Below, in pieces: positions 9,228-17,919 of a stretch of DNA of 64,000 nucleotides. The translations under genes were made by a program, and so were the position numbers. Each line of letters starts with the position of its first letter. Positions within the stretch are counted from its first letter, which is position 1. The stretch lies in sequence record NC_041973.1; one strand, 5' to 3'. The notes beneath the pieces are model-generated. The model did not search any database, was not told the origin of the DNA, and was given only the letters and a program-made list of their open reading frames with translations.

Positions 9228-10061
9228 ATGTCTGAGATAAAAGATAACCCGGATAACTGGAAAGTGATTCCGGGTTACTCACGTTATGAGATCAACGAAG
9301 TCGGCGTTGTAAGAAAGATACATAACAAGAAGGTGATGAAACAATGGCTGCGTGGTAATTATACCGCCACTGCTATCACTTCTGATAATAAGTCAACTAG
9401 TAGAATAGAATCTATTCATATTTTACTGTGCCTTACATTTATTGGTCCAAAGCCCTTACCTGAACCTGGGCACAAACTTGTTACCGCTAACCACAAGGAC
9501 GGTAACAAACTTAACAATGTGAGGTCTAATGTAGAATGGTTATCCAATTCTGGTAATATTCTGCATGCTTACAAGAACCGGCTAAATAAATCATCACAGC
9601 ACCTGCGTCTAACCAATGTGGTCTCTGGTGAAGTTGTCGACCTGCATTCTTACCGCGAATTATCCAAATGGATGGGTAATCCTAACCTGCGCGGAAGAAT
9701 GGAGTATCTGAAGTATCGTAACAAGCTTTATCAAGGCCAGTGGCGAATAGAACTTCTTGGCGAATCAGAGAAGTCTTCAGGGTCTCGTACCAGTAAACAA
9801 GTATGCGTAATGGATGTGGCTAAACGACTTGGATTGAGGGGTGGTGAGTTTGATACTTTCATCTTTAATTCCATGCATGATGCTGCAGCGGCATTAGGCG
9901 TAAGTCGCAAAGGTATTGGTCGGTCGATTAGTACCAAAGGACGCCATGTTGTAAATGGGTACGCTATATCGCTATCATTTGACGATATGACTAATATCAC
10001 TTATGACAAAGCGTATGTGGAGATTAGTCTTAAATGGGCGAAACTCAGGGGTAAGAAGTAA
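9228..10061 (+). CDS. Free-standing HNH homing endonuclease (NUMOD4-HNH type)
   Basis: WKVIPGYSRYEINEVG (NUMOD4-like); ANHKDGNKLNNVRSNVEWLSNSGNILHA (HNH); FNSMHDAAAALG (NUMOD1-like); AT-richer codons than neighbours. Confidence 0.9.
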   Translation: MSEIKDNPDNWKVIPGYSRYEINEVGVVRKIHNKKVMKQWLRGNYTATAITSDNKSTSRIESIHILLCLTFIGPKPLPEPGHKLVTANHKDGNKLNNVRSNVEWLSNSGNILHAYKNRLNKSSQHLRLTNVVSGEVVDLHSYRELSKWMGNPNLRGRMEYLKYRNKLYQGQWRIELLGESEKSSGSRTSKQVCVMDVAKRLGLRGGEFDTFIFNSMHDAAAALGVSRKGIGRSISTKGRHVVNGYAISLSFDDMTNITYDKAYVEISLKWAKLRGKK

Positions 10062-10129
10062 GTTCTTATCTGGTCGGTCAGATCGACTCGAAAGTGGACG
10101 CCAACGATTTCGACGATTTCCAACTGTAA
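10055..10129 (+). pseudogene. nrdB: Stranded second copy of the nrdB 3' end
   Basis: Translates [24 protein letters not shown], 17/24 identical to the last 24 aa of nrdB; no start codon. Confidence 0.9.
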
Positions 10130-10177
10130 CTGCTAGGCACCCATGCTTCGGTGTGGGTGCTGTATAAAGGAGGATGT

Positions 10178-10774
10178 ATGGATGTAGGGCAACGCAATGT
10201 CCAGATCTCAGATCAGTATGAGATTATCGGCATGGCGGGCGTAAACTACCTGCCTTTAAAGAAGTCTTCCTCCGATACATACCGCGTGGTGTTGTGTCGG
10301 TTGGATGGGTTAGGGCGTGACAACACTAACTTGCATTATGACATCGATGATGCCTTCACTGACCACTACCGCTTTATCACCCAGCAACTCCCCTTTGCCG
10401 AATTTGATGGCAGGGATCGTGTCACCACACTCATGCAGAACTGGCAAGGCAAAGCAACCACCGAGATCATTGACAACATCTTTAGTTCAATTGATCCCGA
10501 CGCAGGCGCCTTTACGCTAGAAAGCATCAGTGTGGAAAACGGTTACCTTTATGGCGAGGTCAGATTAGCCAATAGCATTGTGGGAACGAATCTCTCCATG
10601 ATGCTGAACCATCCACGTCCCGATCAGGCGGCCATGATCTTTGGTGTTCGCTACCTGTCGGTCAATACCCGGCTTGACGGACTGCAATATGCTGATGTCA
10701 AGAAGATCTGTGCGTATGACGTGAATATCGTCAGCGAAACTGAATTAACCCAACGTCGTAACGGCGTGAAATAA
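10178..10774 (+). CDS. Hypothetical protein (possible degenerate prohead-protease fold)
   Basis: AGGAGG RBS before ATG 10178. Confidence 0.7.
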   Translation: MDVGQRNVQISDQYEIIGMAGVNYLPLKKSSSDTYRVVLCRLDGLGRDNTNLHYDIDDAFTDHYRFITQQLPFAEFDGRDRVTTLMQNWQGKATTEIIDNIFSSIDPDAGAFTLESISVENGYLYGEVRLANSIVGTNLSMMLNHPRPDQAAMIFGVRYLSVNTRLDGLQYADVKKICAYDVNIVSETELTQRRNGVK

Positions 10775-10808
10775 TGAACCGTTTAAAAGGTGCTGTGAGA
10801 ACCTATAA

Positions 10809-11426
10809 ATGAAAAGAACAAAAAATATAAAGCTTGATCGTTTTCGTAAGGCATGGAAATTTAAGAAGGTTACGCTGGCATTGATGGTGGTAACCGGATC
10901 GTTTTACCTGGTGGCGTGCGATGAGCCGCGTGATCAGCAAGTGCAGATGTATCAGAATGCGGATGACTGTAGTCGAGCTCGCCCGCAAGACAAGCAGCGC
11001 TGTTCTGATGCGTACAATAACGCTCTGCGTGAATCTGAACGTACCGCCCCGCGTTACGGATCGAAAGGAGATTGTGATGCCGAGTTTGGCTCTGACAATT
11101 GCTACCAATCCACGGCTCATAGCCCGACCTGGATGTCGTATATGGGCGGATACATGTACGGGCGCAACGGGAGTTACGCACAGCCGTTGTATTCCTCACG
11201 GGTAACGTCAAGTCCTGCCTATCACCGCTACGTCGATGCTGGCGGACGTAACTACGGCAGTGCTATCTCTGGACGCTCGATTAATACCACACGCAGCGCG
11301 TTAGCGCCCAAGCCTGTAGTCACTTCAACCATTACCCGTGGCGGGTTCGGTGCAAGCGTGGCACACATGAGTAGTTCTCATTCTTCGTCCAGTCACAGCA
11401 GTGGCGGACATTCATCTGGCGGTTAA
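10809..11426 (+). CDS. ygiB: YgiB-like (DUF1190/UPF0441) lipoprotein
   Basis: MKRTKNI..FRK, lipobox-like LVAC, YQNADDC, AYNNAL.ESERTAPRY, TITRGGFG match enterobacterial YgiB as recalled. Confidence 0.85.
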   Translation: MKRTKNIKLDRFRKAWKFKKVTLALMVVTGSFYLVACDEPRDQQVQMYQNADDCSRARPQDKQRCSDAYNNALRESERTAPRYGSKGDCDAEFGSDNCYQSTAHSPTWMSYMGGYMYGRNGSYAQPLYSSRVTSSPAYHRYVDAGGRNYGSAISGRSINTTRSALAPKPVVTSTITRGGFGASVAHMSSSHSSSSHSSGGHSSGG

Positions 11427-11435
11427 GGAACAGTA

Positions 11436-11957
11436 ATGCAAATCCCCGGTATGCCAACTTCATTTGAAGAGCTGTGCAGTATCATTGTTAAACTCGGGTT
11501 AGTTGATGCCTCGGTTGAAAAGACCACTGAGCTTTTGTGGCAGTCTGTCGAAGACCACGGCTACACCCATCGGTGGGACGACCCAGATCAAGAGATGACG
11601 TCAACAGAACGTTGGTTCAACCGCGCAGAAGAGTTGAAAATGACGTTCCATGGTGATGTTGTCGCCATGCTGGTTGATTGGTCTATTATGACGGGTCGTA
11701 TGGCTCAGTACCATAATGACATTGATTATCAGCAATATTATCGCAACTGGTTGGCTTCGCAGATCAGTGTTAAGCTACAACTCGATGAGGAAGGCGTCAC
11801 CGAAACGACCTTACATCCACCAACCTATCGCTATCTTCAAGGTGGCAAGATCTTTGTCATCAATGCAGCCACTTCTGGTAACGGTGGTGGCATCAACTAT
11901 TACACCATGTCATTAGAGGAGTATGTGAAGTACATTAAAACGCAACCGGCTATTTAA
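11436..11957 (+). CDS. Hypothetical protein
   Basis: AAGGA RBS, operon spacing. Confidence 0.75.
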   Translation: MQIPGMPTSFEELCSIIVKLGLVDASVEKTTELLWQSVEDHGYTHRWDDPDQEMTSTERWFNRAEELKMTFHGDVVAMLVDWSIMTGRMAQYHNDIDYQQYYRNWLASQISVKLQLDEEGVTETTLHPPTYRYLQGGKIFVINAATSGNGGGINYYTMSLEEYVKYIKTQPAI

Positions 11958-11990
11958 TGTAAGAGCCCGCTATCAGTAGGAGAGTTACGT

Positions 11991-12293
11991 ATGGCGAACA
12001 AAAGTGTTATCGGCGTGATCAAATACAGTCGGGTGGACAACAAAGACACCTGGACCGTCTACCAGCACGGTAAACACGTTGAGCTTTTCCAGAAAGCTTT
12101 CCAGCATCCCATCGAGGCGTTTAAGCTTCGGGATATTTCCAAAGTAGGTCGGCCTGAAGTCAGTCATGCCTCGGGCCATTATCCGATCGTTGATAACCCC
12201 AGTATCCGCGTCTTCTACGAAGATGGCAGTATCGGTGTGGGTGCGGGTGCGTTAATCAACATCATGTTGCAACAGTATCAATTAACGGAGTGA
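11991..12293 (+). CDS. Hypothetical protein
   Basis: AGGAG RBS. Confidence 0.75.
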   Translation: MANKSVIGVIKYSRVDNKDTWTVYQHGKHVELFQKAFQHPIEAFKLRDISKVGRPEVSHASGHYPIVDNPSIRVFYEDGSIGVGAGALINIMLQQYQLTE

Positions 12294-12297
12294 CATC

Positions 12298-12588
12298 ATG
12301 GGTAAAGTCAAAGAGATTTTGTATGGTCGCCGCGGTAGCACGGCCGGTGAGATTCTTAAGTTAGAATACATGGAGCCGTTAAACCTCACCGTCGATGAAA
12401 CAGCAAAGAAACTGAAAGTTGCAAAGTCTACCATCAGCCGGATTATTAATGGCCGTTGCCGCTTGAGCAAGCCCCTTGCCACCAAACTTGCCAAAGCGTT
12501 CGCCACTACGCCGGAATACTGGATGAACTTTGCTGACAACTGCACCAACCCCTATCCAAACTTGCGGGCCAAGGGCTGGTACAGATGA
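12298..12588 (+). CDS. higA: HigA-like antitoxin / Xre HTH protein
   Basis: GEILKLEYMEPLNLTVDETAKKLKVAKSTISRIINGR..LAKAFATTPEYWMN is the HigA antidote pattern. Confidence 0.85.
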   Translation: MGKVKEILYGRRGSTAGEILKLEYMEPLNLTVDETAKKLKVAKSTISRIINGRCRLSKPLATKLAKAFATTPEYWMNFADNCTNPYPNLRAKGWYR

Positions 12589-12806
12589 ACATCGCCGAAC
12601 CCATCTATGAGGTGGAAGTCGGCAAAACGTATCTGTCACCTTCGGGCTTGCCATTCGAAGTGTTGTTCTTAGCCGCGCATGGTCAGGACTGCACGGTGCC
12701 GATGGTGGTATACCGCAACCTCACCCCGACGTACGACAAACCTGCAGGGCAGATCTGGACCACATCGGAGTCACTCTTTCTAACGCAATTCCGCGTGCCT
12801 GCGTGA
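12585..12806 (+). CDS. DUF1653-like small protein
   Basis: GKTY..FEVLFLAAH..MVVYRNL..IWT..F pattern; ATGA overlap with higA. Confidence 0.7.
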   Translation: MNIAEPIYEVEVGKTYLSPSGLPFEVLFLAAHGQDCTVPMVVYRNLTPTYDKPAGQIWTTSESLFLTQFRVPA

Positions 12807-12850
12807 TGCTATGGCGGTAACTGACCGTCCATCACTACAGAGGCAAGCGC

Positions 12851-13156
12851 ATGTCTACGAACGAGAACTTTCATGTATCCGATCAGGCGATTATCGATGC
12901 CATCCTGGAATACACCCGTAACGGGAAAGAACCAGCTGTAGTCAAGTACGACCCCGATGGCCCTGAAGCAGAACGCATGAGTCAGGAACATCGGATTGTC
13001 ACCTGGTTTCAAGACATCCGTACCATTGTTGACGCGGTATGTCAACGTCCAGGTTTCTCCGGGCTTAACGTGCTGAAGATCGCAACCCGTGCTATGGAAC
13101 AGGATATCATAGCACAGTCAGCGGGACCGGCATCGCCTATTAACCCTGAACTGTAG
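12851..13156 (+). CDS. Hypothetical protein
   Basis: GAGG RBS. Confidence 0.7.
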   Translation: MSTNENFHVSDQAIIDAILEYTRNGKEPAVVKYDPDGPEAERMSQEHRIVTWFQDIRTIVDAVCQRPGFSGLNVLKIATRAMEQDIIAQSAGPASPINPEL

Positions 13157-13177
13157 AAAATAAGAAGACTTTCACAC

Positions 13178-13435
13178 ATGCAATTAAAAGAACTGCTTAC
13201 CTGCATTCGCCCTGGTGACGTTATCACCAATACCGCCTGGCCACAGGGACGGACCTTTACCGTCTCAACGGAGTTCATGAAGTTTCATACCGGTCGTGGT
13301 ACGGATGTTCATGAACGCAATTCATGTCCAGATGGTGCGTGGCACGGTTGGTCGGTGGCAAACAAATATGCCACTGTCCTTAACCGTCGTGCAGTAGCGC
13401 AATCCCACAACCCGATCAAAGAGGACGTTTCATGA
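13178..13435 (+). CDS. Hypothetical protein
   Basis: Operon spacing; ATGA overlap with next gene. Confidence 0.65.
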   Translation: MQLKELLTCIRPGDVITNTAWPQGRTFTVSTEFMKFHTGRGTDVHERNSCPDGAWHGWSVANKYATVLNRRAVAQSHNPIKEDVS

Positions 13436-13833
13436 TTACCATTACGGACATGCACGATGAAGAAGGGTTCACTGACGAAAAGAAAGATGCGTTAGTGAAG
13501 CTTCTGCCAGAAGACAACAACGGTCTTGCACACACCTATCGTTTTACTGATGGTGCTGAAGAGAACCCGTTTGAAGGCTTCCTGATCATCGGCGCACCAA
13601 CGCTGGTTTATCACTTTATCCGCACCGGTAAGAATGACGCGGGTGAAGAGGAAGAGACCTATCTGGGCCAATACGTCCCAACGGTCGATGGTGGTGTAAT
13701 GCCAGAGAACGGTCTGGGGCAGAACCTGAGCGACAACGTGGGTACTCGCGTGGCAGAGTTCGAATCTGTTATCCGTAGCTTCCACCGTAAAGTGCTCGAG
13801 CGTCTGGGTCAGCCAGTCCCTGGCGCACGGTAA
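13432..13833 (+). CDS. Hypothetical protein, paralog of 14850..15248
   Basis: GAGGA RBS; shared Y.F.DG..F.GFL.I..P.L.Y..GG..PEN pattern. Confidence 0.75.
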   Translation: MITITDMHDEEGFTDEKKDALVKLLPEDNNGLAHTYRFTDGAEENPFEGFLIIGAPTLVYHFIRTGKNDAGEEEETYLGQYVPTVDGGVMPENGLGQNLSDNVGTRVAEFESVIRSFHRKVLERLGQPVPGAR

Positions 13834-13839
13834 GATGAC

Positions 13840-13868
13840 ACCCGGGGGTTCTCCCCGGGTTTTATGCC
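13840..13868 (+). terminator. Intrinsic terminator with TTTATGCC tail
   Basis: ACCCGGGG-GTTCT-CCCCGGGT-TTTATGCC. Confidence 0.85.
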
Positions 13869-13939
13869 GTCTTTTTATTTTTTGTTACAGATTACATAGA
13901 TGGTACTTATTATACACCACTACTGAAAAGGAATACATC

Positions 13940-14845
13940 ATGTCTGAGCAAGCCGCTGTAAAACCGAAGAATTATACCAACCTGACTGTCACCATCGCCG
14001 GCAATGATCCGGTTGCTGCCACTGCTGTTGCCAGTGTGTTATCCACGTACCTGAACGAAAAGGGTCTGGCCGGTCGCCGTCTGGGTGAGAATGCTATCGC
14101 TCCTGACTTCGCCGTGCAATCTGTTGAAGGCCTGGCTGCTGACCAGAACAACAGTGTAAACGTTTCTGTTGACACCCTGACTATGGAATCCCTGCAGGGC
14201 AGAACGCAGGTTTGGGATTGGCCAACCTGGGGTGACAGCGAACAACCCTGGACCGCGCTGGTCGGTGACGAACTGCGTAACCTCTGGTCAACGTTATCCG
14301 GTGTGCAGAAACGCGCTATCTATAAAAGCCTGGCTGCACTGAACATCGTGGTGGAAGACGATGAGATGACTGAAGAGAAAGCACAGGAGATCATCAACAA
14401 CTCCGAAGTTTATGTTGATCTGCGTGATGTGCGTAACGACGGCAGTTATAACCGTGTGCTGATTGACGGCGCTGCGACCATTGAAGAACTCGACGCCATC
14501 AAGTTCATCTTCCAGACCGCGCGTGAAGGCAACCCGGTCACCCACGAAGACATCACACTGCAACAGCAGCAGGATGCCAGCAACGGCGCGCATGCAGCAC
14601 CTGAATTACCGGATGGTCGTGAGACACCAGAGCTGCCGGACACTCTCGAACCGCTGGCCAGTCCGGAATACAACCCGGAAGATTTAGAGCCGGGTACAGG
14701 CATTCCCGCGGTAAACCCAACCGACCCTTCGCTGGCACCACAAACCAAACAGCAGGCTGTGTCGTTTGACAACAGCGATAAAGCTACCCTGGCTGCTGCA
14801 CCTACTTCAGGAACCGTCCGTCCATCCGACGACATGGGAGACTAA
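13940..14845 (+). CDS. Hypothetical acidic protein with Pro/Ala/Glu-rich tail
   Basis: AAGGA RBS before ATG 13940; strong phage codon bias. Confidence 0.8.
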   Translation: MSEQAAVKPKNYTNLTVTIAGNDPVAATAVASVLSTYLNEKGLAGRRLGENAIAPDFAVQSVEGLAADQNNSVNVSVDTLTMESLQGRTQVWDWPTWGDSEQPWTALVGDELRNLWSTLSGVQKRAIYKSLAALNIVVEDDEMTEEKAQEIINNSEVYVDLRDVRNDGSYNRVLIDGAATIEELDAIKFIFQTAREGNPVTHEDITLQQQQDASNGAHAAPELPDGRETPELPDTLEPLASPEYNPEDLEPGTGIPAVNPTDPSLAPQTKQQAVSFDNSDKATLAAAPTSGTVRPSDDMGD

Positions 14846-14849
14846 GTCA

Positions 14850-15248
14850 ATGCTACCGAAGTCTGAACCAATCTCCATCTTCAGCGTCTCGAGTGTTCAA
14901 CTGACCGAAACGTCAGAAGCGCACTTTCGTAAAGAGCTGAACGAGGCAGATGCCATTCACTCTGTCTACGCCTTTAAAGATGGCTCGCAATTCGGTGCCC
15001 GCTTTAATGGCTTTCTGGTGATCACCGGCCCTATCCTGGCGTACCAGTTATTCCGGGGCAGTGAACTGGAGTCGTCTGAGTTCGTCGGCACCTTTATGTA
15101 CGGTGAAGGCGGGGAAGCGATCATCCCAGAGAACGTTAAAACGGTGTTCAGTCAATATGACCGTAACCGAGTGACCCAGTTTAAGGCATTAGCCCAAGCA
15201 CTGCACTCAGCGGTCACTGACCACATCAAAGGGGTACGGCGTGACTGA
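14850..15248 (+). CDS. Hypothetical protein, paralog of 13432..13833
   Basis: GGAG RBS before ATG 14850; motif similarity. Confidence 0.75.
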   Translation: MLPKSEPISIFSVSSVQLTETSEAHFRKELNEADAIHSVYAFKDGSQFGARFNGFLVITGPILAYQLFRGSELESSEFVGTFMYGEGGEAIIPENVKTVFSQYDRNRVTQFKALAQALHSAVTDHIKGVRRD

Positions 15249-15945
15249 CATCACTTCAACACCAGAAGTAGCGACGGCCCTGCCGGCGTTTAAAGGGGTG
15301 TTGGGTGAACAGGTAAAAGGCTTCGGAGCAAGCCAGCTCACCGGCTGGCATATTGTGGTCGCTGATCCGACTGACCTGCCAAAGGGGGTGCAAGAAGGCC
15401 TCAGTGCTTTGGTGGGTCGCTCCAGCATCTTTACCTATCTCGGTGCCCGCTGGGTATTTGACGGCATCGGCACCGGTTACCTGCAACGCACCCGTATGGT
15501 CATTGACCCTGACACGGTTAACATCGAACAGATTGAAGACCGGTCTGCTCAACACGGTATCGTCCGGGGAAGTGAAGATCGTCGAGAGTGGAACCTGGGT
15601 AACTGGGTCGCACACCTCGGGGGTCGCATCAACCGGGATAGCTACCTGGAGTTCGGTAGTCTGTATGCATTAGATCAGATGATCAATCAGATGCATAAAT
15701 TGATGTTTCGCACCAAAGATGATGAGCTGAAGATTCACATCGTGGGCGGGTCACCTGATGATCAAAAAGTTATTGCCCTGCTGATTGGCGGTGTCTTGGA
15801 CGACTACGATGTCACCCCGAGCACCAGTCTTGGTAAACTCATTGAAGAGGCATCAGTTAATCCCCCTTCAATGGATAGCCTGAATGACACAGCGGATCAT
15901 TCGTTGCGTCTTAAAATTGAAATTAATATCGTGCCTCGTAACTGA
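15241..15945 (+). CDS. Hypothetical protein
   Basis: AGGGG RBS, GTG start overlapping previous stop. Confidence 0.7.
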   Translation: MTDITSTPEVATALPAFKGVLGEQVKGFGASQLTGWHIVVADPTDLPKGVQEGLSALVGRSSIFTYLGARWVFDGIGTGYLQRTRMVIDPDTVNIEQIEDRSAQHGIVRGSEDRREWNLGNWVAHLGGRINRDSYLEFGSLYALDQMINQMHKLMFRTKDDELKIHIVGGSPDDQKVIALLIGGVLDDYDVTPSTSLGKLIEEASVNPPSMDSLNDTADHSLRLKIEINIVPRN

Positions 15946-15974
15946 GGCCTTATTTCTCGTCGAAGGAAAAAGAG

Positions 15975-16622
15975 ATGGCTGACATTAACTATTACGAACT
16001 GATTCGCAACTGGGGTAAAGCCCGTAACATCATCGGTGGTGGCTCTACCCCGATCGATCAGTTCATCAAAGGCACTACGGAAGCGGCAGAGCTTTGGGCC
16101 AATGTGTTGGGTAAAGAACCCGCTAAGCTGAAAGATGACATCGGCGATACGCTGGTCTGTCTGACACAGTCTTACGGCATTGCTGGTAGTGTGGTAATTG
16201 AAGACGCAGCATCGCATGCTGACCAGTACCTGGCATCACTACGTAAAGATTACGAAGCCTACGGCGAATGGGCGCTGAAACGCTTTGCCCTGAAAGTGCT
16301 GCGCAGCATGTCTGACATCTCAACGCAGATTGAACACGCCCAGTTCGAAGCTGACCGCCATTGCCCGGACCGTCTGTCTGATGAAACTGCAGAGCTGGTA
16401 GCCGTCCTGACGGTGATTGCAGAGAACCAGGGCTGGACGCTGGAAGAGTGTCTGGAAGAAGCGTACAACGACATCAAAGACCGTAAAGGTGTAATGTTCA
16501 ACGGTGGCTTCGTAAAAGAAGCGAGCCTGTCAGTTGAGCGCGCACAAGAGATGCTGGCCTCGGGCACCGTCGGTGGCGTGGGTGCGGAATACCTGAACGG
16601 TTATATCAGCGCAAACAGCTAA
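15975..16622 (+). CDS. MazG-like nucleotide pyrophosphohydrolase
   Basis: IRNWGKARN, EAAEL, KDDIGDTLVCL, LEECLEEAYNDIKDRKG.MFNG.FVKE motifs. Confidence 0.85.
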   Translation: MADINYYELIRNWGKARNIIGGGSTPIDQFIKGTTEAAELWANVLGKEPAKLKDDIGDTLVCLTQSYGIAGSVVIEDAASHADQYLASLRKDYEAYGEWALKRFALKVLRSMSDISTQIEHAQFEADRHCPDRLSDETAELVAVLTVIAENQGWTLEECLEEAYNDIKDRKGVMFNGGFVKEASLSVERAQEMLASGTVGGVGAEYLNGYISANS

Positions 16623-16639
16623 CTGTAAATAAAGCTAAA

Positions 16640-16682
16640 CCTACATTACCTAAGGGATAGTGAAAGCTATCCCTTTTATGCC
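16640..16682 (+). promoter_or_regulatory. Early promoter motif overlapping a terminator hairpin
   Basis: CCTACATTAC (16640-49) then AAGGGATAG-TGAAAG-CTATCCCTT-TTATGCC. Confidence 0.7.
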
Positions 16683-16703
16683 AATTATAATTGAGGATTC
16701 AAA

Positions 16704-17084
16704 ATGAAACAGGTTGCTGCTAACGTAAATGTTCTTTCTGTTGATTATCGTTTCGGTGCTAAACAGATGGAGACCTATGCCAAGTTTATTACTGATGCGT
16801 TAACGGCGGGTCAGAAAGTCTTTATCTATGCGGATAAAGAAGCGCGGGCGAAAGTAAATGAACTCTTCCCTAAAGTCCTCGGCCAGGAGGTGATGGAGAA
16901 GGTACTTGTTCGTGCGTACCCTATTAGTGAACTGACTGCGGTTAACGTCGGGCGGGGGATGTCCAACATGTCGGCTATCTTCATCAGCGAAACCGGGCGT
17001 TATACCGATCTGATCACGAAAACGTTTTCAGTCGTCACCGGTCATGACGCACTGATTGTTGAATGCAGCGAAGTGGTGGCGTGA
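16704..17084 (+). CDS. Hypothetical protein
   Basis: GAGGA RBS. Confidence 0.75.
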   Translation: MKQVAANVNVLSVDYRFGAKQMETYAKFITDALTAGQKVFIYADKEARAKVNELFPKVLGQEVMEKVLVRAYPISELTAVNVGRGMSNMSAIFISETGRYTDLITKTFSVVTGHDALIVECSEVVA

Positions 17085-17434
17085 TGTCAAAGGCTAAAGC
17101 AGTCTGGGATGACCTCTCATACACCCTGCTCATTCTGGGCGCGTGGCTTCTGTATATTGTCTTTGTTGGCTGGTGCGCTTATTTCTTCCCAGAGAAAACT
17201 ATCATCAAGAACGATGAGGATTTGCTGGCGTACCAGGAAGGCGATGGGCGTTTCAATCGGTTTGTTAACGAAGCATTAGAAACGGTGATTGCTGACACGG
17301 AATGTTTATACCCCATCACAATCACTAAACGCGGGCATTGGTTCTTTGCCGCAGATATGTTTACTGTTCAGAATGCCAAATGCATAAGTCAGGTTGGTCT
17401 CAATAATAACGTGACGACTACCCCGATCATTTAA
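17084..17434 (+). CDS. Membrane-anchored hypothetical protein
   Basis: TGATG overlap; N-terminal TM helix. Confidence 0.7.
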   Translation: MSKAKAVWDDLSYTLLILGAWLLYIVFVGWCAYFFPEKTIIKNDEDLLAYQEGDGRFNRFVNEALETVIADTECLYPITITKRGHWFFAADMFTVQNAKCISQVGLNNNVTTTPII

Positions 17435-17491
17435 CCCTCAAGGGAGGTAATTCCTCCCTATCACTCATTAACCTACTTGTGGAGATTTGCC

Positions 17492-17908
17492 ATGACAACG
17501 TCGCGTACTGACTTGATTACTAGCCGGATCAAAGAAGCATTAAATGGGGTCCGGGTACAAACCAGTGAGCTGTATCATGAATCGACTGATGTCGCATCGT
17601 TCGGTGCGGTAAAAACGGTGATGTTCTTTTGGAATGTAGCTGACAATGATTTAACTGCTGAGATGGTTGAGCGTGAAATCCTGGTCCGACTACAGACCGA
17701 GAACATTTACGTGGCCTTTCACAAAACCCGCCGGCGTGAAGGGGAGCGCTTAATCGCGGCCAGCATTGCCTGTAATCCGAATAACCCGAATTACACCTAC
17801 GGCAACCTGCGGGGCTTCACCCAGATGTGGCTACAGAAAAGCTTTGGGGCAACGAAAGAACGTCTGCAGCAAAAGCAACGTGACAGCAATTTGTTTATTC
17901 GTCGTTAA
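17492..17908 (+). CDS. Hypothetical protein
   Basis: GGAG RBS before ATG 17492. Confidence 0.7.
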   Translation: MTTSRTDLITSRIKEALNGVRVQTSELYHESTDVASFGAVKTVMFFWNVADNDLTAEMVEREILVRLQTENIYVAFHKTRRREGERLIAASIACNPNNPNYTYGNLRGFTQMWLQKSFGATKERLQQKQRDSNLFIRR

Positions 17909-17919
17909 TTAAGGAACGC

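Noticed and set aside
9170-10129. Group I intron in nrdB carrying the HNH gene
   Set aside because: nrdB is already complete upstream; only 57 nt precede the HNH start and its stop overlaps the downstream fragment, leaving no room for a ribozyme core
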